In this document: piece after piece, positions 49,281 through 57,679 of the stretch
How the letters are laid out: each line of letters starts with the position of its first letter
Position numbering within the stretch: position 1 is the stretch's first letter
Source: a virus
Taxonomy: Duplodnaviria; Caudoviricetes
DNA length: 64,000 bases
IMG/VR virus record: IMGVR_UViG_3300042539_001740
Direction: 5' to 3' (one strand)
Made by a program: the position numbers and the translations under genes
Notes under the pieces: generated by a model
Seen by the model: the letters and a program-made list of their open reading frames with translations, nothing else
Told to the model about the DNA's origin: nothing
The model's database searches: none

Positions 49281-49580
49281 GTGGGATTTATTTACTTCAT
49301 CAAAGACAACGCAAATCAAGTTAAAATAGGTTACACAAAAAGAAATGTAAAAGATAGGGTTAAAGAGTTGAACTCGCCAAATTTAATTACTATACTTGAA
49401 TACGAGACAAAGTACCCCACACAACTCGAAAAAGCATTACATTTCAGGTTCAAAAAACATAATATTGAAAGAGAATGGTTTTGTTTGGATGACTTCAAGG
49501 TTGAAGAACTGAAACAGATATGTGAAATGTTGAATGAGGGACTTTGTGCAATAAAAGAAAACAATTATTTCAAATTATGA
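49281..49580 (+). CDS. T5orf172/MUG113-type GIY-YIG protein
   Basis: FIYFIK...VKIGYT...RVKEL...LEKALH...EWF; GTG start. Confidence 0.75.
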   Translation: MGFIYFIKDNANQVKIGYTKRNVKDRVKELNSPNLITILEYETKYPTQLEKALHFRFKKHNIEREWFCLDDFKVEELKQICEMLNEGLCAIKENNYFKL

Positions 49581-49930
49581 TTTCAGTACAATTAATTACT
49601 TGGTTTATCCTATCTTACGGATTAATGAACATTATGGTTTATGGAAGTATATTCCAAGGACTTAGAGATTTCTTCAAGAATCTTGGAAATAATCCGTATC
49701 AACCATTCCAATTCTTTTTCCACTTCATTGATGGTATTTTATCTTGTCCAATGTGTTTCAGTTTTCACGGAGGATGGTTTTTATCATTGGTAATATTCTC
49801 ACCTGTTCATATATTGTTTGGAGTTCCTATTTGGGGTTCTTGGTTCTTTGATGCTATTTTATCATCAGGTGCTGTATGGGCAATCAATGCAATCGTTGAA
49901 TATTTTGAGGAAAATAGACCATCTAAATAA
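49577..49930 (+). CDS. Membrane protein, DUF1360-like
   Basis: Hydrophobic helices and GILSCPMCFSFHGGW; likely start at 49577. Confidence 0.6.
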   Translation: MISVQLITWFILSYGLMNIMVYGSIFQGLRDFFKNLGNNPYQPFQFFFHFIDGILSCPMCFSFHGGWFLSLVIFSPVHILFGVPIWGSWFFDAILSSGAVWAINAIVEYFEENRPSK

Positions 49931-49945
49931 TTAAAAAAAATTAAA

Positions 49946-50152
49946 ATGAAGTTAGTAGAGTTTAAATTAGAAAAAGGTTCAGTTTTCGTCAATCCTGATA
50001 AGATTGTTTCAGTTAGTGAAAAACCTGATGGAAGGACAGAAATAACAACAACAAATTATAATGAATTTTATAATGTTGACGATAATATCACTAATGTTCT
50101 CAAACGATTGGACATTTATGGTAATTTTACAATTTACAAATTAAATCAATAA
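49946..50152 (+). CDS. Small protein, loosely FlbD-like
   Basis: VFVNPDKIVSVSEKPDGRTEITT resembles the FlbD-family pattern. Confidence 0.4.
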   Translation: MKLVEFKLEKGSVFVNPDKIVSVSEKPDGRTEITTTNYNEFYNVDDNITNVLKRLDIYGNFTIYKLNQ

Positions 50153-50156
50153 CAAA

Positions 50157-50408
50157 ATGGGAAAGGCAAAAAAAGAACACAACAGAAAGATTGCAAAAAG
50201 AAACGAAAGAATTGCTGCAGAAAAGAAAAAGTTCCAAAAACAATACACTGAATTGTTGGAACAAAAATTGAAAGAATACCAGGCAAAACTTACAGAAAAC
50301 GAACAATTAGAAAATGAAATGAAAATCTCTTTAGGTGGACAAGATTTGAATTTCTCTATTGTTGACCCAAGTGAAATAGAAGTACCAACCACAGAAGAAA
50401 ACCAGTAA
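50157..50408 (+). CDS. Basic-N-terminal hypothetical protein (83 aa)
   Basis: MGKAKKEHNRKIAKRN followed by a coiled coil. Confidence 0.7.
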   Translation: MGKAKKEHNRKIAKRNERIAAEKKKFQKQYTELLEQKLKEYQAKLTENEQLENEMKISLGGQDLNFSIVDPSEIEVPTTEENQ

Positions 50409-50415
50409 CATCCCT

Positions 50416-52788
50416 ATGGATTTATTCAATCCACCCCCAGATTACAATTACAATTTTATGATTAAAGATATTGATTTTAACAAATTTGATAACCCATATA
50501 TTCAAGTTGTATGGGAGGATTATCCTGAAAACTTTACACAAGAAAAGATAAAGAGTGTTAGACATTACTTCCAAAAGAAGTATAACTCAACTAATGTTAA
50601 TGTAATAACCAAAACTAAATCTAGTGAGGTTACAACACAAACAATTGATGTATCATTCAATATCTTGGATAAGAACTATCAATATGTATTGGTAAAATCA
50701 TTCTTGGAAAACAAAAATCTAACAAATCTAACAGAATCCATTCTTAATTTGGATAAAGCTGTTGATAGTAGATTATTATTAAATGAAAGTGAGATATCAC
50801 CCTTTAAAAGATGGTATATCAAAAACATTGAGTTCTCCAATTTCTTATCGTATGGTGAAAATCAAAAGATTGATTTTGATAAGTGTAATGGTATCTCGGT
50901 GGTGGAATCAAATCCCCCTAACTTTGGTGGGAAAACGGTTTTAACAGTGGATTTATTGTTATTCTTATTCTTCAATGAAACAACCAAAACATCAAAAGCT
51001 GAAGAAGTTTTCAATAGATTTTCTAGTAAGGATAAAGTTCACGTCAAAGGTGAAATTATCATTGATGGTGATGAATATGTTATTGTTAGAAATATTGAAA
51101 GAAAGAAGAAAAAAGATGGGGATTGGAATGTAAAAACTGAATTAGATTTCTTTAAGAAGTTATCAGATGGAACATTACAGAACTTCACAGGAGAACAAAG
51201 GAGAGAAACTGAAAGTTTCATTAAAACTTCTATTGGTACGAAGGAAGATTTCTTAATGACAATTTTAACTACGGCAACAAACCTTGAAGAGTTAATTGAC
51301 TCTAAACCCACAGCAAGAGGGCAGGTATTGTCTAGATTTATGGGGTTGGACTTTATTAAAAAGAAGGAAGACACTGGTAAAGAAATCTATTCAGAGTTTT
51401 CCAAGTCAATGTTATCAAATGTATATTCAAGTGAAAAGTTGAAATCAGACAATGATGGATACAAAGAAAGAATTGAATTACTACAAACGGAAAACATTAC
51501 CCAACAAAACAATTTGATTGATGTTCAAAATAGGATAATCAAAGGACAAGAATATAGAGATACATTACTAAAATCCAAACATACGGATATTGATATTGAA
51601 ATCTCGAATATTGTTCCTGAGCGTATTGAAAGTGAAATCATCGGGATTAAAACCCAAAAACAAAGTGTTGAAAAACAATTAAAAGAACTCAAAGTGGTTG
51701 AACCAACAGAGTTTTACTCGGAACAAGAACACGACTGGTTAAAAGATGAACACAAACATTATTACAAAAAGATTGTCCAATTAGAACAAAATATTAAATC
51801 GATTGAAAGTTTAAAATCTTCAGTTGATGGTGGAATTAAATGTGAACATTGTGGTATTGAATTGATGATGGCCTCAATAACCCAAAACAAAATTGCTGAA
51901 CTTGAAGGACTTATCATTCATAAAACCGAAAATGAGGTGTTAATGAATGATTTAATAATCAGAGAAGCTAAGTATGTTCAGTTAAAAAAAGAATTTGATG
52001 AGTATGAGAAAAACAAACTTATCAAAGAAAAATATGAACTTACAATTGAGGGTTATCTGATGAAAATCAAAGGATTGGAAGATAAGTTGGAAAAGTTTAA
52101 CTTGTTACAGGATAAAATATCCACAAACAACAAGATTGAAACCCAACTTATCAAAGCCAACCTAAGATTAGATGAACTAGATAGAGAAAAATCATCAGTT
52201 CAAAGAATATTGGATTCTAACAACTATCAAATTCAAAGTTTAAAAGATAAGATTGAACAAAATATCCAAATGATTGAGAAAATCAAAGTTGAAGCTGAAA
52301 AAGAAAGAATCTATAAAGTTTATTTGGAAATCTTTGGAAAGAATGGTATATCTAAAACAATAATGAAAACAATGATTCCAATGTTGAACTCTGAGTTACA
52401 AAGATTATTGGAAGATAGTTGTCATTTTAGATTGGAAATCAACATAAATGACAAGAATGAGGTTGAATTTGTTATGATTGATAACAACACCCAAGTTGAG
52501 AAATTAATGTCCTCTGGGTCAGGTTATGAAAGAACCATAGCATCATTAGCATTGAGAGCTGTATTGACAAAAATATGTTCTTTACCAAAACCGAATATTG
52601 TTGTTATGGATGAGGTATTTGGAAAGATATCAAACGAGAACTTGGAAATGGTTGGTGAATTTTTCACTAAAATTAAAAACTATTTTGAAAAGATATTCGT
52701 TATAACCCACAATCCATTGGTTAGTAATTGGGCTGACAACATTATAAAGATTACCAAAGAAAACAATATTAGTAGTGTGAGTCAGTAA
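50416..52788 (+). CDS. sbcC: SbcC/Rad50/gp46-like ABC ATPase with an N-terminal extension
   Basis: IEFSNFLSYG, NFGGKT, Zn hook CEHC, signature SGSGYE, Walker B VVMDE and H-loop VITH. Confidence 0.9.
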   Translation: MDLFNPPPDYNYNFMIKDIDFNKFDNPYIQVVWEDYPENFTQEKIKSVRHYFQKKYNSTNVNVITKTKSSEVTTQTIDVSFNILDKNYQYVLVKSFLENKNLTNLTESILNLDKAVDSRLLLNESEISPFKRWYIKNIEFSNFLSYGENQKIDFDKCNGISVVESNPPNFGGKTVLTVDLLLFLFFNETTKTSKAEEVFNRFSSKDKVHVKGEIIIDGDEYVIVRNIERKKKKDGDWNVKTELDFFKKLSDGTLQNFTGEQRRETESFIKTSIGTKEDFLMTILTTATNLEELIDSKPTARGQVLSRFMGLDFIKKKEDTGKEIYSEFSKSMLSNVYSSEKLKSDNDGYKERIELLQTENITQQNNLIDVQNRIIKGQEYRDTLLKSKHTDIDIEISNIVPERIESEIIGIKTQKQSVEKQLKELKVVEPTEFYSEQEHDWLKDEHKHYYKKIVQLEQNIKSIESLKSSVDGGIKCEHCGIELMMASITQNKIAELEGLIIHKTENEVLMNDLIIREAKYVQLKKEFDEYEKNKLIKEKYELTIEGYLMKIKGLEDKLEKFNLLQDKISTNNKIETQLIKANLRLDELDREKSSVQRILDSNNYQIQSLKDKIEQNIQMIEKIKVEAEKERIYKVYLEIFGKNGISKTIMKTMIPMLNSELQRLLEDSCHFRLEININDKNEVEFVMIDNNTQVEKLMSSGSGYERTIASLALRAVLTKICSLPKPNIVVMDEVFGKISNENLEMVGEFFTKIKNYFEKIFVITHNPLVSNWADNIIKITKENNISSVSQ

Positions 52789-52792
52789 AAAT

Positions 52793-52827
52793 AAAATGGT
52801 GAGAAAAAAACTCACCATTTTTTCTTT
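52793..52827 (+). terminator. Rho-independent terminator after sbcC
   Basis: Stem aaaatggtgag / ctcaccatttt followed by T-rich sequence. Confidence 0.8.
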
Positions 52828-52844
52828 TAACAGAAATATTATTC

Positions 52845-52852
52845 TATCTTTG
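52845..52852 (+). promoter_or_regulatory. Bacteroidota-type -7 element (TAnnTTTG)
   Basis: TATCTTTG lies after the terminator and before the 52878/sigma operon. Confidence 0.65.
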
Positions 52853-52877
52853 TATCCAACAAAAACGGCATAACAAT

Positions 52878-53393
52878 ATGAAATACCTACTTTCAATTTT
52901 CATCGAACACAACGAACAAGAATTATTTGTAAAATCTATTGGTAAGGAGATTAGTACTATCTCATCCAAAAATGGTGTAAAATACTTTTTCGGCCCTCAG
53001 ACAGCATTATTCACTTTCGAAACGAAACTTTCTTTTGAAGGTGTAAAAAACTTTTTTGACTCAATCCTAAGTGATTTGTCAATAACACATATCCTTGTCC
53101 CAATAAAAACTGACAAAATGTCATATTGGTTCGAAAAAGAACACGAGAAACTATTGTTTGGTACGGATATTTGTGCAACGAATGAAGAATATTCAGAGGA
53201 AGAACAAGAAGAAATGAGAGAAGCAATTTTGGGTGACTTAACCAAAATCTTTGAGAAAGAAATTATCGAAGAAAATAGAGTCAAACAAAAAATTGTTCCT
53301 ACCTTGGATGACCTTTTGGATAAGATTAATATGAGTGGGTTGAACTCACTAAATGAAGAAGAAAAAGATTTGTTAAAACAATATTCAAAATAG
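52878..53393 (+). CDS. Hypothetical protein with a DUF6576-like C-terminal helix pair
   Basis: LDDLLDKINMSGLNSLNEEEKDLLK. Confidence 0.6.
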   Translation: MKYLLSIFIEHNEQELFVKSIGKEISTISSKNGVKYFFGPQTALFTFETKLSFEGVKNFFDSILSDLSITHILVPIKTDKMSYWFEKEHEKLLFGTDICATNEEYSEEEQEEMREAILGDLTKIFEKEIIEENRVKQKIVPTLDDLLDKINMSGLNSLNEEEKDLLKQYSK

Positions 53394-53394
53394 C

Positions 53395-54195
53395 ATGAAA
53401 GAAAAAAATTCAGGTATTCCAATCAATCAAGAAGAGATTCAACAATATCTCAAAGACATTAGAAAGAAAAAAGTTATGACTCCTGAGAGAGAGAAGGAAT
53501 TATCCTCTTTGATGAAATCAGGTACATTAACATCAGGTGATGTGGACAAAGTCCATAAAGAACTATTGGAGGGTAATCTTCGTTTTGTTATTACAGTTGC
53601 AAAACAATATCAAAATCAAGGATTGGATTTGGCTGACCTTATTGCTGAAGGTAATTTGGGTTTAATGAAGGCCATTAAGAACTTTGATTGGAACAAAGAT
53701 TTGAGATTTATATCCTATGCCGTGTGGTGGGTAAAACAATCAATCCTACAAAGTTTAAATGACAATGCAAGAACCATTCGTCTCCCTGTGAATGTGGTTC
53801 AAGACCTCCATAGAGCCAAGAAAGAAATTGACGCCAAAGGTGGGGAGTTAGATAGTAGATTTACCAGTCTTCCATCTATGGTTGATTTGGATATGGAAAT
53901 CAATGAAGAAGGAGATAATCTATTCGATGTATTGAAAAATGATGACGCTGATATGCCTGATGAAGCATTTCATACCAAGGACATTTTAAGAACAAAACTA
54001 TTAGGGTTATTGACTTGTTTGGATGAAAGGGAACGAGCAATCGTTGAGGACTATTTTGGCCTATCTGGTTCACCAAGAACATTGGAAGACATCGGTGGTG
54101 ATTTTAATCTAACGAAAGAGAGAGTGAGACAGATAAAGGAAAAGTCATTGAGAAAGTTGAGAAACCTATCAGGTGACCTATTTGAATGGATGTAA
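53395..54195 (+). CDS. Sigma70-family (RpoD-like, Bacteroidota-type) RNA polymerase sigma factor
   Basis: NLRFVITVAKQYQNQG, DLIAEGNLGLMKA, FISYAVWW and region 4 TLEDIG...LTKERVRQIKEK; no region 1.1. Confidence 0.93.
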   Translation: MKEKNSGIPINQEEIQQYLKDIRKKKVMTPEREKELSSLMKSGTLTSGDVDKVHKELLEGNLRFVITVAKQYQNQGLDLADLIAEGNLGLMKAIKNFDWNKDLRFISYAVWWVKQSILQSLNDNARTIRLPVNVVQDLHRAKKEIDAKGGELDSRFTSLPSMVDLDMEINEEGDNLFDVLKNDDADMPDEAFHTKDILRTKLLGLLTCLDERERAIVEDYFGLSGSPRTLEDIGGDFNLTKERVRQIKEKSLRKLRNLSGDLFEWM

Positions 54196-54230
54196 TTAAT
54201 AAACAATTAATATTTATAAAAAAAGAAAGT

Positions 54231-54524
54231 ATGAAAACAATAACTGAATTTTTGGGGAAACACGGATTGATTATAGCATTAGTTCTAGTTTTAATTTCTA
54301 CTTGTACAGGAAGTATGAGTAAAAAACTAAGTGAGAAGAAAATGTTGAATCAAATCGATAGTTTAAGAACTGAAGTAGTAATTTTGAAACAAGAACTACT
54401 AAAAGAAATTAAAATTGAAGGATTGAAAGCTGAGAAAAGAATGATTCAATCAACAGACAGAAAAATCCTTGATGTTAATAGACAAGCTGAAATAGACAAA
54501 GAACTTCAGCAACTTGAAAAATGA
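54231..54524 (+). CDS. Signal-anchored coiled-coil protein; possible spanin-like lysis component
   Basis: N-terminal hydrophobic helix ending ISTC, then a coiled coil; TATTTAT at 54211. Confidence 0.45.
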   Translation: MKTITEFLGKHGLIIALVLVLISTCTGSMSKKLSEKKMLNQIDSLRTEVVILKQELLKEIKIEGLKAEKRMIQSTDRKILDVNRQAEIDKELQQLEK

Positions 54525-54979
54525 AAATAATAATCACGGAACAACAATTAGAAGAAATAAATAGATTTCAGATGAGAGATGACCCCAAATATAGGGGTTG
54601 TCTTATGTCTGACCTAACCAGAATGGAGTTGATTGATAACTTCCTAAAAAAAGTTGAAGACAATCCTGAATATAATACTGAAGACCCTGATTATGATATG
54701 TTATTAGATGATTGGGATGGGTATGATGACCAGGTATATATTCAAAATAAAGATACCTCAATTGTATTTTGGGAAGGTTGGGTTGATAGTTGTTGGAACG
54801 CAGCATTTAAAAAAGAACAATATAAAGGATTAGAAAAATCTGAAGTTATTGACAAAATAATAGAGGAGAGATTCCCAAGGATTGCCGAAGAATTTGGTAT
54901 GGAAATAATTGACTATGGGTATATTGATAACGATGGTTATATTATGTATATTGAAATGAAAAAACAAAATAATGAATAA
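54521..54979 (+). CDS. Acidic protein with an MKIIITEQQL N-terminus; putative internal head protein
   Basis: The N-terminal ITE motif matches motifs in other late proteins here. Confidence 0.55.
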   Translation: MKIIITEQQLEEINRFQMRDDPKYRGCLMSDLTRMELIDNFLKKVEDNPEYNTEDPDYDMLLDDWDGYDDQVYIQNKDTSIVFWEGWVDSCWNAAFKKEQYKGLEKSEVIDKIIEERFPRIAEEFGMEIIDYGYIDNDGYIMYIEMKKQNNE

Positions 54980-55769
54980 TTTATTTACTTGGATTAAAAA
55001 AAACCCCATCCGTTCAATGTTCTTAGTCCCCATCTTCTTGGTGGCTGGTATATCTATATCCCATGTGGTTGCATGGTATGACATTACGAATCCATTTAGT
55101 TGGGCAATCTACCTTTCAATAGCTATTGAGATTGGTGCCATAACAGCACTGATTGCCGCTACACAAAGAATTAAGGGTGGAGTATGGTTTATGTTCGGTT
55201 TGGTAACATTCGTTCAAATGGTGGGAAATATATTCTATTCATATAAAGAGATTGACCCGACAGGAGAACTATTCACATCTTGGGTTGAACTCACATCTCC
55301 AATATTTGAATTATTTGGAACAGAACCAACTGATATAATTGCACATAAAAGATGGTTGGCAATATTAGGTGGGGGACTTCTTCCTGTGATATCTCTAACC
55401 TCATTACACTTCTTTGTGAAGTATGAAGAAACTGAAAAACCAGTTGTTAAAAATGATGTAATAGACAAGGATTTGGAAATAGCTTCTTTGTTTGACTTAG
55501 AAACAACTTTGGAACAAGAAGAAAAACCTAAAGTAAAAAGGGGTAGAAAAAAGAAAGAAATCGTGGAACAATGGGAAAATAGTGGAATATTAGATGAACT
55601 AAAACCTATGGGTGAGACATCACTAATTCCAATAGTTTTAGAACCAAATCAAGAACAACAAATTGATGAAATTGAAACTAATGAAATAAAAGAAGAAATA
55701 CCGGTAATACCAACTCGTCCAACAAAACTGACATACACTAAGCCAAATGTATCCATAGATAGATTATGA
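54972..55769 (+). CDS. Multi-pass membrane protein; holin candidate
   Basis: Three to four hydrophobic helices in the N-terminal 150 aa and a charged tail; ATGA-coupled to the amidase-like gene. Confidence 0.5.
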   Translation: MNNLFTWIKKNPIRSMFLVPIFLVAGISISHVVAWYDITNPFSWAIYLSIAIEIGAITALIAATQRIKGGVWFMFGLVTFVQMVGNIFYSYKEIDPTGELFTSWVELTSPIFELFGTEPTDIIAHKRWLAILGGGLLPVISLTSLHFFVKYEETEKPVVKNDVIDKDLEIASLFDLETTLEQEEKPKVKRGRKKKEIVEQWENSGILDELKPMGETSLIPIVLEPNQEQQIDEIETNEIKEEIPVIPTRPTKLTYTKPNVSIDRL

Positions 55770-56362
55770 TGGATTTAATCAAATATGGAGATTTTAAACC
55801 TTCAGGTAAACAAAAGAAAAAGAACCAAATAATTCTTACACACACAAGTAGAAATGTGGAGAATTATTTGGCTTCTTTACGTTATAGACATAATGGGAAA
55901 TATAAAAAAATACCAAACTACATTGTTACAAAAGAAGGTAAAATTCTCAAACTTTTGGAAAACAATGAACATACTGAATATTTCTCCGAAAAAAATATTA
56001 ATAGAAATAGTATTATAATTTGTTTAGAAAATTTGGGTTGGTTAGAGAAACAACCATTAGAAAACCAGTATGTTAATTGGGTAGGTGATATTTATAAAGG
56101 TAAGACGTTCGAGAGAAAATGGAGAGATTATTTTTTTTGGGAACCGTATCCTGAAATACAAATTCAATCATTAACAATTCTTTGTAAATCAATAATGAAA
56201 GAATTGAGAATATCAAAAGATATAATCGAACATAATACAAAAATAAATGGTATCGAAAAATTCGATGGGATTGTAACTAGAAGTAATTTTGACACATACT
56301 TCACTGATTTAAGTCCTGCATTTAATTTCGAAGATTTTAGAAAAAAAATAGAAAATGAATAA
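55766..56362 (+). CDS. Amidase_2 (N-acetylmuramoyl-L-alanine amidase)-fold protein with altered Zn ligands
   Basis: IILTHTS, PNYIVTKEG, NRNSIIICLEN, QIQSL and TDLSP follow the amidase_2 order. Confidence 0.7.
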   Translation: MMDLIKYGDFKPSGKQKKKNQIILTHTSRNVENYLASLRYRHNGKYKKIPNYIVTKEGKILKLLENNEHTEYFSEKNINRNSIIICLENLGWLEKQPLENQYVNWVGDIYKGKTFERKWRDYFFWEPYPEIQIQSLTILCKSIMKELRISKDIIEHNTKINGIEKFDGIVTRSNFDTYFTDLSPAFNFEDFRKKIENE

Positions 56363-56981
56363 TTCACACGATGAGATAAAAAGATTGTTGAAAGCATCGA
56401 GAACAATGTTATCAACGAAAGATTCTATCAATGAATCTTTTAATATTAGAAAAAAATACAACTTGTTATCTGAACAAGAAATTGAGTTCGAAGGTGATAA
56501 TGTTACAAAAAAAATTAGTGTTGGTGATTCAATCGAAGATAATATAAAAAAAGACGAAGAAAAAAAACGTAAAGACGAAAAAACACAAGGTTTTAGAATA
56601 TCTGGTGGGATATTGTATTTACATGGAGAAAGTGAAAAGGAATTAATTTTGACTTCTGATGAGAAAAAAGCTTTTCAAGAAACTATGGAAGAGTTTGTTA
56701 ATGAAGTATCAAATTACACAGATTTCGGCCCTTTAAATGTATATAAAAACGATGTTACTTGGGAAGGTTTAATTAATGACTTTGGATTAAACTTTAGATA
56801 TTCTACTGCAGAAAAAGAAGGTGTCTATATTGAAGGTGATATGATTAAAGTTGACAAAAGTTTCATAGAATTTGCTCAAAAACTTAATAGTTACTATGAA
56901 AAATTCAAATCAAAATGGGTATCAATAATAGGAACTAGAAAAGAAACCAAAATAAACCAAGATTTTGATTTTGAAGATTAA
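56355..56981 (+). CDS. Hypothetical late protein (208 aa)
   Basis: Contains EIKRLL, INES and LSEQE motifs. Confidence 0.7.
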   Translation: MNNSHDEIKRLLKASRTMLSTKDSINESFNIRKKYNLLSEQEIEFEGDNVTKKISVGDSIEDNIKKDEEKKRKDEKTQGFRISGGILYLHGESEKELILTSDEKKAFQETMEEFVNEVSNYTDFGPLNVYKNDVTWEGLINDFGLNFRYSTAEKEGVYIEGDMIKVDKSFIEFAQKLNSYYEKFKSKWVSIIGTRKETKINQDFDFED

Positions 56982-56982
56982 T

Positions 56983-57657
56983 ATGAGCATAATAAAAAAA
57001 ACAATCAAAAAATCTAATATTACTGATTTAATTGGTAATACAAAAATGAATTTACCAATAGGTAAACTTTACTCAATGAAAAAAAGTGAAGCTAAAGAAT
57101 CTAAAAAATCAGGTGTGACTACTACTAAAAAAGATATGACTGAAAAATGGAGTCAAAAATACAAAGATAGTATTGATTGTTCCAACCCCAAAGGTTTTAG
57201 TCAAAAAGCCCATTGTGATGGAAAGAAGAAAAAGGAAACTAAAGAAGCAAATGGTGCTGGAAGTGCTGGTGGATTTGTTGCACCATTAGCTTTCAATCAA
57301 AATAGTAAGTTTGTTAAAGATAGTTTTAAAGAAACACCAAAGAAAGTAGAAACAAAAGAAGCGACAGGTTCAGGTTCTTCAGGGTCTTACGAAACACCTG
57401 CAGCTTGGGCTATATCAACAAAAAAGAAGGATTGGAGAGGTAAAAGTAAGACACTATTCCCTGGTGGTCAATTTGTTCAGGTTAAGAAAAAATGTAAAAC
57501 CTTTCCATATTGTAACCAAGGAGATATCAATGCTTTAAAACTTACAAATGAAAGTGATGTTTCTAAAACAATATCTAAATTGAGTAAAAAGTATAATGTA
57601 AGTGAAAATTATATTCAAAAACTAATTATCAAAGAATATCGTAAAGGAAAACTATAA
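56983..57657 (+). CDS. Lys-rich hypothetical protein with the KWSQKYKDSIDCSNPKGFSQKAHC motif
   Basis: Clean ORF; likely start is the ATG at 56983. Confidence 0.7.
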   Translation: MSIIKKTIKKSNITDLIGNTKMNLPIGKLYSMKKSEAKESKKSGVTTTKKDMTEKWSQKYKDSIDCSNPKGFSQKAHCDGKKKKETKEANGAGSAGGFVAPLAFNQNSKFVKDSFKETPKKVETKEATGSGSSGSYETPAAWAISTKKKDWRGKSKTLFPGGQFVQVKKKCKTFPYCNQGDINALKLTNESDVSKTISKLSKKYNVSENYIQKLIIKEYRKGKL

Positions 57658-57679
57658 TATTTATATTAAAAAACTAAAA

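Noticed and set aside
54231-54524. Definite lipoprotein (o-spanin) call
   Set aside because: ISTC is not a canonical lipobox and no nested partner gene was found; kept only as a low-confidence candidate.
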